Origin: Candidatus Aminicenans sakinawicola JGI OTU-1
Lineage (GTDB): Bacteria > Acidobacteriota > Aminicenantia > Aminicenantales > Aminicenantaceae
Assembly: GCA_000493965.1 (NCBI GenBank)
Contig: AWNV01000007.1
Location: 23,351 to 87,350 of the forward strand
Reading direction: 5' to 3'
Length of the DNA stretch: 64,000 nucleotides
Positions within the stretch are counted from its first letter, which is position 1, and the number at the start of each line of letters is the position of its first letter. Positions 56,298 to 64,000 of this stretch are shown here, one piece after another. A program made the position numbers and the translations under genes. Below the pieces are notes generated by a model. That model saw only the letters and a list, made by a program, of their open reading frames with translations. It did no database searches and had not been told where the DNA came from.

Positions 56298-56921
56298 TTA
56301 ATAGAAAAGTGTGGCTAAGCTGTATAATGCAAATCCGATAAGGATAACTGCTAATCCTACAATAATCTTTCTAAAGGTTTTTGGCTTGATTTTGTGATTG
56401 TGTTTTAAAACGTATTTTATAAGCATTATATACCACATGATGCTTCCAGCACCGCAGGATAGGGCAAACACAAAAGGATGCCAGCCAACATTAGTCACCC
56501 ATTGATGAGCTATAAGCATACCTGCAGCTGCCAGCCAAAAGGCATAAAGAGTTGGATTAGAAACATAAAGAAAAAATGCAGTAAGAATGGGGCGAGAATA
56601 AGTATTGTTGGGGCTTCTCCGGACAAATGTTTTCTCATCAGGAATCTTAGATTGCTTGATAAGCTGGATGCTGATAGCAGTAAAAAGCACAGCTCCGATA
56701 AATTTCATTAAGGAACCAAACCTGGTTAAAGTAACACTTGCATAGGAAATCCCTTTAATAGCAGCGAAACAATAAATAACATCCAAAAACGAGGCTGTCA
56801 GGCCAGGTAAAAAGCTGTGCAAAAAATCATGCTTTAGTGCTTGCGAAATAACAAAAATATTAAGCGGACCAATGGGGACTGCCGCAATAAAACCAACCAA
56901 CAAACCAAGGAATATAATCAT
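56298..56921 (-). CDS. LysE-family translocator
   Basis: AAVPIGPLN; SNP..W motif; 6 TM. Confidence 0.85.
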   Translation of the reverse strand: MIIFLGLLVGFIAAVPIGPLNIFVISQALKHDFLHSFLPGLTASFLDVIYCFAAIKGISYASVTLTRFGSLMKFIGAVLFTAISIQLIKQSKIPDEKTFVRRSPNNTYSRPILTAFFLYVSNPTLYAFWLAAAGMLIAHQWVTNVGWHPFVFALSCGAGSIMWYIMLIKYVLKHNHKIKPKTFRKIIVGLAVILIGFALYSLATLFY

Positions 56922-57074
56922 CAGCGTAATCGATATTCTTCCATTTTAGAGAACTATTTTTATAGCAGAATAAACCCATCGGAGTCAATCTAAAGAAATA
57001 TATTTTAGTTTTTTCATCCTTTAAATTGACCTTATTCTCTGCCTGTGGTATCAGATATTTAGGGAGAGATAACC

Positions 57075-58373
57075 ATGAAACAGAAAACAATATTCAGAGA
57101 ATATAAAACAATGTCTGTTTTTCCGAAAAAATCTTCTCTGGTTCTGCTGGCCGTGTTAGTACTCTGCCTGTTTCTTGTCATGAGCTGCCGGCCTATAAAA
57201 GAAAAGCAAGCCTTTGACTGCAGTTTGGTTGAGCTAAGAGAAAACCCTGACTACGGATACTATGATGCTCTTGTCAAAGTAGAGCGCATCATGCTGGATG
57301 ATACCCTGAAAATGAGCTTTGCCGTTTTTACTCCGACCAGCTCTTACGAGATTGCGGACCTCTCTTTTGTGGAAGATGGCCAGGATTCGGACTGCCTGGA
57401 AGCAGGGGATGTTTTTACTGTCCCACTGCACAAACCCGATTGGAAATTTTATATCAGCAGGCAAAGCGATATCTACTGCTCCTTAAATTTTTGGGAGATG
57501 CTGCCTGTCAATGACCAATGGCATCCCACGAAATCAGAGGCGATGGAAGCAGCCTGGAACATTGAAGTGGATTTAGTCGGAGGCCTTCCGAAACCTGTAA
57601 TAAAAAATCTTCCTGAAGAGTGGTGGATGGTCGATGAGAAACTTCCAGATATGGATGACTCCTGTGGATATGTGATCTATCAAAAGGTGCGGGCAGAAGA
57701 AGTCAAAGAAGAAGTATATATCCAGTACTGCTTTTTAGACGAGTCTAAAATTCAAAGACTTTCTTCAGTCCCAGAGACTGAATTTCTCACCGGTTGGACA
57801 GATTGGACAAAGAAATATGGAAGACCTGAAATAATCGCCGGGCATAATGCTGTATATTGGGACATGCAGGAGACGGATAAACTTAGCTGGGCTTTCAGGT
57901 ATGCTTACATCGATTCAGAGATGGTTATTGAAGTTGACATCGATGCTGATCCCCTGGAATGGGTCAAGACCGAACAGGAAAAGATTCTGGAAGGAAAGGA
58001 AAAAAAAGTGTTCCTCCGCTATGGCTATGGTCCGGTAGGAGACACTGAATCACAGGTCATGATCGAGATAGGGATGAATGGGCAAGGAACCTTTCATAAA
58101 AGGTCAAAGGGAGGAATCATCGTAAATAAAGCATTTCGCCTGGAGAATAGAGAGCTTGAGGAGATACAAATATCTATTAACAGCAGCCGATTTAGGGAGC
58201 TGCGTTCCCAGTCCGGCATTCCCGGAGGAACCACATCCTTCCTCTCTGTGAGATATGAGGATCAATTCCATACAGTGGAACTGAAGAATGTTACAATTCC
58301 ACTATTCCAAAAGATAGAGCAGACCATAAAAGACATCGTACTGCCTAAAGTGGATGAAAAAGAAATAAATTAA
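57075..58373 (+). CDS. Hypothetical lipoprotein (432 aa)
   Basis: RBS AGGGAG; lipobox LVMS-C; acidic multi-domain body. Confidence 0.75.
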   Translation: MKQKTIFREYKTMSVFPKKSSLVLLAVLVLCLFLVMSCRPIKEKQAFDCSLVELRENPDYGYYDALVKVERIMLDDTLKMSFAVFTPTSSYEIADLSFVEDGQDSDCLEAGDVFTVPLHKPDWKFYISRQSDIYCSLNFWEMLPVNDQWHPTKSEAMEAAWNIEVDLVGGLPKPVIKNLPEEWWMVDEKLPDMDDSCGYVIYQKVRAEEVKEEVYIQYCFLDESKIQRLSSVPETEFLTGWTDWTKKYGRPEIIAGHNAVYWDMQETDKLSWAFRYAYIDSEMVIEVDIDADPLEWVKTEQEKILEGKEKKVFLRYGYGPVGDTESQVMIEIGMNGQGTFHKRSKGGIIVNKAFRLENRELEEIQISINSSRFRELRSQSGIPGGTTSFLSVRYEDQFHTVELKNVTIPLFQKIEQTIKDIVLPKVDEKEIN

Positions 58374-58611
58374 ATCCTTTTAAAGCTGCCCGATCTTGCA
58401 TTTGGTCATTTGCTGCTTGGCTGTAGCATTTGCCTTATTCCATTGAAGATAGGTTAAAAAAGCCCGGCAATATTAATCTTAGAACAATGATTTATCTAGG
58501 GGAAATATTAATCTAAGGAATATTCATGTGTGGAATTGACAGCTGTAAGTTAGGAGACTATTAGTAAAATATACTTGACAAATAGTTCTACTAAATGGTA
58601 AACATTAATTT

Positions 58612-59784
58612 ATGATAAAGCCAAGGATCATTCTTGAGAAAATAAAGCCTTACTATGATTCTCCTGAAGCGATCATTATTACTGGCATGAGACGAACAGG
58701 CAAAACAACTCTTCTTAATTTTCTCTATGACCAAATTGACTCTAAGAATAGACTCGTTTTAGACCTTGAGAATCCATTAAATAGAAGATACTTCGAGGAA
58801 GATAATTATGAGCTAATCAAGAGTTCACTGGAGGTCTTGGGAATTGATTTTACAAAAAAACCCTTCATCTTTCTTGATGAGATACAATTTGTAAAAAATC
58901 TGCCGTCGGTTGTGAAATACTTCATAGATCATTATCAGGTTAAGTTTTACCTGACAGGCTCGGCCAGTTTCTATTTAAAAAATCTTTTCAACGAGTCTCT
59001 AGCAGGAAGGAAGTATATCTTCGAGCTTTTCCCTTTAACTTTTACAGAGTTTCTTAAGTTTAAAGGAGTTTCACTGAAAATTCCTGAAAATTCACATGAT
59101 GTCAGCCGTCCAATCTTTGATACATTTGCTCCTTTATATGAAGAGTATATTCTGTTTGGAGGATTCCCTGGAGTAGTTCTAAAAAGTAATGTTGAAGAGA
59201 AGAAGAAAGCTCTGGAAGAGATTTTCTCTTCATTTTTTCTGCTCGAGATTATCCAGTTAGGAGATTTTAGGCGAAATGAAGTCATTCGTGATCTAATGCT
59301 CCTTCTAATGCAGCGGGTTGGTGCCAAACTGGATATTCAAAAAACATCAAAAGAATTAGCTATTTCTCGTCCCACATTGAACGAATATATTTCTTTCCTT
59401 GAAGGAACCTATTTTATAAAGAGGATAAGACCATTCACGAAGGGAAAAGATACAGAGATTAGAAAAATGCCCAAGGTTTATCTATGCGATACAGGTCTTG
59501 CCAGTCATCTTGCTCGGTTGGATATAGGCAGTCTCTTTGAAAACAGCGTCTTTCAAAATCTCAGGCTAAGGGGTGAACTAAATTACTATCAGAGAAAAGG
59601 CGGATCTGAGATTGATTTTATTCTGGATAAAGAAGAAGCGTATGAAGTGAAGATTAACCCTCAAGAATCTGACATGAGAAGATTGAAAGTAATCGCAGTA
59701 GACTTGGATTTAAAGGCATATAAAATAGTATCAAAAAATTATTGCCGGGGTTCGGGGAATGTCATTTATGGCTTCATGGTTTGA
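58612..59784 (+). CDS. AAA_14 ATPase with DUF4143-type C-terminal domain
   Basis: GMRRTGKT (Walker A), FLDEIQ (Walker B), TGS, GGFP, PKVYLCDTG, FEN, EIDF and EVK motifs. Confidence 0.9.
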   Translation: MIKPRIILEKIKPYYDSPEAIIITGMRRTGKTTLLNFLYDQIDSKNRLVLDLENPLNRRYFEEDNYELIKSSLEVLGIDFTKKPFIFLDEIQFVKNLPSVVKYFIDHYQVKFYLTGSASFYLKNLFNESLAGRKYIFELFPLTFTEFLKFKGVSLKIPENSHDVSRPIFDTFAPLYEEYILFGGFPGVVLKSNVEEKKKALEEIFSSFFLLEIIQLGDFRRNEVIRDLMLLLMQRVGAKLDIQKTSKELAISRPTLNEYISFLEGTYFIKRIRPFTKGKDTEIRKMPKVYLCDTGLASHLARLDIGSLFENSVFQNLRLRGELNYYQRKGGSEIDFILDKEEAYEVKINPQESDMRRLKVIAVDLDLKAYKIVSKNYCRGSGNVIYGFMV

Positions 59785-59801
59785 ATTTAGATTTGAGATT
59801 T

Positions 59802-59814
59802 GGGGACGGGCCAT
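59802..59814 (-). repeat. REP-like GGCCCGTCCCC family copy (inverted)
   Basis: GGGGACGGGCCAT on + = ATGGCCCGTCCCC on -. Confidence 0.7.
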
Positions 59815-59917
59815 GACAGCTTATTGAAAATAAAACAGATAGCTTGATGAAGCTGTTGAATTAGCCATGGATAAAAGATATAGAGTGCGAACGATCGATT
59901 ATGTTTTATTGCCAAGC

Positions 59918-59971
59918 TTGACAGATGGTATTCTCTAAGTTATACTCTGGTATGAATCTACCATACCATAC
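59918..59971 (+). promoter_or_regulatory. TA promoter with probable antitoxin operator repeats
   Basis: TTGACA(59918)-17 nt-TATACT(59941); GGTAT/ATACC half-sites at 59927, 59949, 59963 and nearby. Confidence 0.7.
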
Positions 59972-59983
59972 TAAGGAGGAAAT

Positions 59984-60238
59984 ATGAGCAGATCTGTTAA
60001 ATTCGCAATAAGTATTCCTGATAAGGAATTTAAAGGATTGGAGGCTTTCAGAAAGAGAAAGGGTGTAAGTAGAAGTAAACTTATCCTCGAAGCTATTAAG
60101 TTCTGGAGGGAAGCCAGAGAAAAGGAAAAACTTGTAAAGATTTATGAGGAAGGGTATAAAAGGCTCCCGGAGAATCTTACAAATATAGAGGCGTGGGAAA
60201 AGGCTTCTCTAAATGTTTTTTCTCAAGAGGAATGGTAA
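59984..60238 (+). CDS. Ribbon-helix-helix (CopG-type) antitoxin
   Basis: KFAISIPD...SRSKLILEAI; RBS AAGGAGG; abuts the toxin gene. Confidence 0.85.
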   Translation: MSRSVKFAISIPDKEFKGLEAFRKRKGVSRSKLILEAIKFWREAREKEKLVKIYEEGYKRLPENLTNIEAWEKASLNVFSQEEW

Positions 60239-60553
60239 ATGCGAAGAGGCGAAGTGTGGTGGGCAGATTTACCCTTGCCCCTCGGTCGTCGGCCAGTTGT
60301 ACTCCTTTCCCGTGATGAGGCTTACGCTGTAAGAAACGCTGTAACTGTAGCAGAAGTGACCTCAACTATTAGAAGTATTCCTGTAGAGGCAAATCTCGGT
60401 CCTGGAGATGGGTTGCCGAAAGAGTGTGTTGTAAATTTAGATACCATTGTGACTATACGGAAGGAATTATTGATTGAAAGAATTAGCATCCTTCGGAATG
60501 AGAAGATCGAGCAAATTAACGCTGCCATAAAATTCGCTCTATCCATCCCATAA
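60239..60553 (+). CDS. mazF: PemK/MazF-family endoribonuclease toxin
   Basis: RRGEVWWADL...RRPVVLLS...T.AEVTST...VNLD.I.T. Confidence 0.9.
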   Translation: MRRGEVWWADLPLPLGRRPVVLLSRDEAYAVRNAVTVAEVTSTIRSIPVEANLGPGDGLPKECVVNLDTIVTIRKELLIERISILRNEKIEQINAAIKFALSIP

Positions 60554-60711
60554 AAGACCCTCAAGTATGCCGCCACCAAACTCTATTTATACTGAATGGT
60601 GAAAAATTATCGAGAAGGTTATAACTTATTTGCCTCCAAGCAAAAATATTAGCTAATAAATTTGCTTGCAAGCAAAAATATCTTGCTTTTTTAGTCACGG
60701 TCAATGAAACC

Positions 60712-60785
60712 TGCATAATCCGGCTCAAAGCGGCCGGTGATTCCGATTCATTACGGCCACTGCTTCCGGTCGAAAGCGGCCACCA
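60712..60785 (+). mobile_element. Solo IS21-family-type terminal region (three 23-bp repeats, no transposase)
   Basis: TGCAT followed by AATCCGGCTCAAAGCGGCCGGTG / ATTCCGATTCATTACGGCCACTG / CTTCCGGTCGAAAGCGGCCACCA (60717, 60740, 60763). Confidence 0.7.
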
Positions 60786-60885
60786 AATGCTTAGGTGCGT
60801 GTTTTTGGGGTTGAAAACGCTGTTTTAAGGGTAAAAAATACCTCTATTTAGAGGCTATCTTATTTATTATGAATAAGATAGCGTG

Positions 60886-60896
60886 GGCCCGTCCCC
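60886..60896 (+). repeat. REP-like GGCCCGTCCCC family copy
   Basis: GGCCCGTCCCC followed by T6, just past the RND gene stop. Confidence 0.65.
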
Positions 60897-60901
60897 TTTT
60901 T

Positions 60902-63900
60902 TCACTGCTTGATTGGTTTGACTTTGACGCGCTCGACCAGACTGTAAATTGTGGGAATAATAAACAGAGTAAGGAGCGTGGTGGCAACCAACCCTCCTAC
61001 TACAGTAATAGCCATGGGAGCTCTCATCTCTGATCCTTCCGAAACACTCAGGGCCATGGGCAGCATTCCCAAGATAGTAGTCAAGGCCGTTATCAGCACA
61101 GGACGCAGCCTGACAGCACACGCTTGAAGAATCGCTTCTAGCTTTTCCATGCCTTTTCTTCTCAACTGGTTGGTATAGTCTACCATCACGATACCGTTAT
61201 TAACCGCAATTCCCGACAGCATGATAACACCTATAAGCACGGCGAGGCTAACAGTCTTTCCTGTTATGAGTAGAGCAATCAATACTCCAATGAGCGCGAG
61301 CGGAATGGTGAACATGATGACAAATGGGTGGCGCAGGGACTCAAATTGTGATGCCATGATCATATAAACCAGAAGCATTGCCAGGACTAATGCACCGGCC
61401 ATAATCATGAAAGCTTCCTGCATATTTTCATATGCGCCGCCTATTTCGATGAAATATCCGGGTGGAAGTCCTTTTTCGACACTTGCGATTCTCGTTTTAA
61501 TGTCCTTAGCAATACTGCCGAGGTCTCTGCCGGCGATGTTTGCTGTCACAGTAACAAGCCGGGCCTGATTTTCTCTTGTTATTTTGATGGGGCCTTCTTC
61601 TTTTGAGACAGAAGCAACCTGACCCAGGCTGACCATAGTATTTAAAGGAGTCATAATGGGAATACTCTTTATATCATCCAGGGTGTCTCTAAACTCTTCC
61701 TTAAGACGGATGCGTATGTCGATTTCATCGTTTCCTTCTCTAAAACGTGTAGCGACTCTCCCCAGTGATGCTGTTTGGACCGTGTTAGCCACCTGACTGA
61801 CCATCAATCCCATCCGGGAAGCCTCTTCCCTGTTTATTGCAATGTGGTATTCTGGTTTTCCCTCGGAGAATGTATGAGTAATATCCCTTAATCCTTCCAC
61901 ATCCTGGATCTTTTCGACAATCGTATCAGCGAGAACCTTAAGATTGTTAAGGTCACTTCCGAATATCTTTATCTCAACAGGAGCCGCCGCTCCACCTAAC
62001 ATCATCTGGCTCATATCAAGAGCCTCAACTTTAACACCTTTCAATTTGGGGAGTTTTTTTCTGAGTTTTTCTAGAATCTCAGAGTCACTGAGTGTCCGTT
62101 TGTTCCTCTCTGCCAATCCTATCCAGAGAGATCCCTCATGAGTGCCTGTAGCACCAAATCCTGATGCAGAGTCAGCAGGGTCATCTTCTGCTTGCGAGCC
62201 GACCTGGGCAGTGACTAAATCCACATCAGGTTCTTGAGCCAGTAAATCTTCTACCATCTTGACAACGCGGTCCGTTTCCTCAAGAGAAGTGCCGACAGGC
62301 ATCTTAACCGAAAGCATCAACATATCTCTGTCCATTGAGGGCATGAATTCTGTTCCCAGGAAAGGAATGAGAGCCAGGGAGAGCAAGAATAGTACCAGAG
62401 TTCCTCCTAATATCCATCCTCTATGCTGAAGAGTGCGTTTAAGAATTTTTTTATAAAAATTTCTGGCTTTCCCGAACTGTTTTGTCCTTTTATCGTAGAG
62501 TTCAATATTTTCCTTTGTTCTTACCTTGAATAAACTAGACGAAACCATAGGAACGACTGTAAGAGCAACAAATAACGATGCTAGCAGAGAAAATCCAATG
62601 GCCAGAGCCAGCGCACGAGTCATCTGGCCTGTTATTCCGGATGCAAAGGCCATAGGGAAGAAAACTGCAATTGTTGTTAATGTGGATGCTGTAATAGCCA
62701 TTCCTACTTCAGAGGTGCCGTCTTTTGCAGCCTCGTTCCTGCTTTTTCCCTCTTCTATATGACGATAGATGTTTTCGATAACAACAACGGCATTATCAAC
62801 CAGCATCCCGACACCGAGAGCCAATCCCCCGAGTGTAAGCATATTAATGGTATAGCCTGCGATGTAAAAAGCAATAAAAGTTGTGATAATCGAGAGGGGG
62901 ATGGCCAATGCGATTGTAAGTGTGGGCCGCCAGTTGCGGAGAAATATGAAAATAAAAAGGATAGCAAGAAGACCTCCGATCAGGGCATTGTTTCCGGTCT
63001 TTTTGACTACTTTCTGAATCATATCCGATTGGTCCATAGCAGTATAAAAATTTATGTCGGGAGGGATGGTTTTGCGTATTCTTTCGAGTTCTTTTTTTAC
63101 TGCTTCAGTTGTTATAACAGTATTTGCTCCTGATTGTTTGCTTATGATCATGAAGACGGATTTTTCCCCCTGTACCCGTGCTAAATAGCGGGATTCTTTC
63201 ATGGTGTCTCTGACATCTGCAATATCCTTCAGGTATATTGGCTCTCCTGTTTGTGTAGTGCCAATGACAGTGCTGCGGATATCATCAAGATTTTTGAATT
63301 CTCCCAGAGTTCTCAAAAGGATTTCGGAATGTCTCTCAACGATTCGTCCCGCAGGGAGATTAAGATTTTCCATCCTTAGTGCAAGTAGAATGTTGTCCAT
63401 AGAAAAGCTGTGAGATTCAAGGGCGGCTTTGTTGATTTCAACCAGTATCTCTCTCTCCTCGGTTGAAAACACCATGGCTGATGCTACTCCTTCTATCCTT
63501 TCAAGCCTGGTTGCTACTTCATCTTCTATGATCTCTTTTAGCTCGAAAGTCGGCATTGTTTTAGAGTTAATCCCCCAGAAAATTATAGGGATCTGGGACA
63601 TATTGAATTTAACTACCAGAGGGTCGGATGCTTCTTCTGGGAGGTAGGATTTGTAAAGCCCGATTTGCTCTCTGAGGTCCTGGGCGGCAAAATCAAGGTT
63701 AGTCCCCCACTCAAATTCTACCATGATCAAAGAAACCCCCTCAGACGTTGTCGAGTTTACTTTTTTGACACCGCTGACAGTATTAACAACTTGCTCTATG
63801 GGTCGTGTAATAGTGTTTTCAATGTCTTCCGGAGAAGCTCCGGCGTAAGCAGTCACTACAGATATTGTGGGGAACTCCATCTCAGGGAAAAAGTCCAGCC

Positions 63901-63997
63901 CAAGCCTTGTTAGCGCAAGCCCTCCTAATACGACCAGGATCAGGGCCAGCATTGCTATGGTAACTTTTCTATTGACAGAAAATTCTGCTATTTTCAT
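60902..63997 (-). CDS. RND efflux transporter permease subunit (AcrB-like)
   Basis: GASPEDIE..ITRP.E; G.LVDNAVVV.ENI; TTIAVF.P; NNGIVMVD; RLRPVL.T. Confidence 0.95.
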   Translation of the reverse strand: MKIAEFSVNRKVTIAMLALILVVLGGLALTRLGLDFFPEMEFPTISVVTAYAGASPEDIENTITRPIEQVVNTVSGVKKVNSTTSEGVSLIMVEFEWGTNLDFAAQDLREQIGLYKSYLPEEASDPLVVKFNMSQIPIIFWGINSKTMPTFELKEIIEDEVATRLERIEGVASAMVFSTEEREILVEINKAALESHSFSMDNILLALRMENLNLPAGRIVERHSEILLRTLGEFKNLDDIRSTVIGTTQTGEPIYLKDIADVRDTMKESRYLARVQGEKSVFMIISKQSGANTVITTEAVKKELERIRKTIPPDINFYTAMDQSDMIQKVVKKTGNNALIGGLLAILFIFIFLRNWRPTLTIALAIPLSIITTFIAFYIAGYTINMLTLGGLALGVGMLVDNAVVVIENIYRHIEEGKSRNEAAKDGTSEVGMAITASTLTTIAVFFPMAFASGITGQMTRALALAIGFSLLASLFVALTVVPMVSSSLFKVRTKENIELYDKRTKQFGKARNFYKKILKRTLQHRGWILGGTLVLFLLSLALIPFLGTEFMPSMDRDMLMLSVKMPVGTSLEETDRVVKMVEDLLAQEPDVDLVTAQVGSQAEDDPADSASGFGATGTHEGSLWIGLAERNKRTLSDSEILEKLRKKLPKLKGVKVEALDMSQMMLGGAAAPVEIKIFGSDLNNLKVLADTIVEKIQDVEGLRDITHTFSEGKPEYHIAINREEASRMGLMVSQVANTVQTASLGRVATRFREGNDEIDIRIRLKEEFRDTLDDIKSIPIMTPLNTMVSLGQVASVSKEEGPIKITRENQARLVTVTANIAGRDLGSIAKDIKTRIASVEKGLPPGYFIEIGGAYENMQEAFMIMAGALVLAMLLVYMIMASQFESLRHPFVIMFTIPLALIGVLIALLITGKTVSLAVLIGVIMLSGIAVNNGIVMVDYTNQLRRKGMEKLEAILQACAVRLRPVLITALTTILGMLPMALSVSEGSEMRAPMAITVVGGLVATTLLTLFIIPTIYSLVERVKVKPIKQ

Positions 63998-64000
63998 TTG

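Noticed and set aside
60855-60881. Intrinsic terminator for the RND gene (CTATCTTATT/AATAAGATAG stem)
   Set aside because: The stem is AT-rich and has no U-tract on the minus strand; not supported enough to call.
7133-63913. The many 60-180 aa antisense or overlapping ORFs in the track (e.g. 8000..8476, 15496..16038, 18940..19455, 58971..59327, 62759..63133)
   Set aside because: They are shadows of well-supported genes, with no independent motifs.

Overview
64 kb of a diderm (Gram-negative-type) bacterial chromosome. LptD, heptose kinase, TolC, an Oar-like TonB receptor and a GWxTD protein suggest an Acidobacteriota/Aminicenantes-like lineage (inference only). Layout: (i) 1-~7140 is an AT-rich accessory island with a Zn-ribbon gene end, a HEPN-motif gene, a ~1 kb non-coding gap, an unknown + PD-(D/E)xK nuclease gene pair, and a run of single small genes, each preceded by a related structured ~60-100 bp repeat. 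(ii) A housekeeping block: rlmB, lipid kinase, plsC, double-MerR/B12 radical SAM, accA-hisS-aspS. (iii) A large kinase-like membrane protein. (iv) An envelope/LPS cluster with purM, TolC and twin GT-C proteins. (v) asnA preceded by an unannotated, probably leaderless Asn-rich 34-aa uORF. (vi) tsaD/mtnA, tatA, TonB receptor, GWxTD, tRNA-Leu(CAG), an aRF1-like protein, an mgtE relic, a repeat-flanked methyltransferase/ATP-grasp fusion and frameshifted psd-pssA. (vii) A small accessory patch (AAA-DUF4143, MazEF-type TA, IS21-type end) and an RND permease. No CRISPR array, rRNA, integrase or intact transposase was seen. Best leads: the asnA Asn-rich leader, the repeat-delimited gene-cassette array and the adjacent candidate defence genes. 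All family calls come from motif reading by eye; no database was searched.
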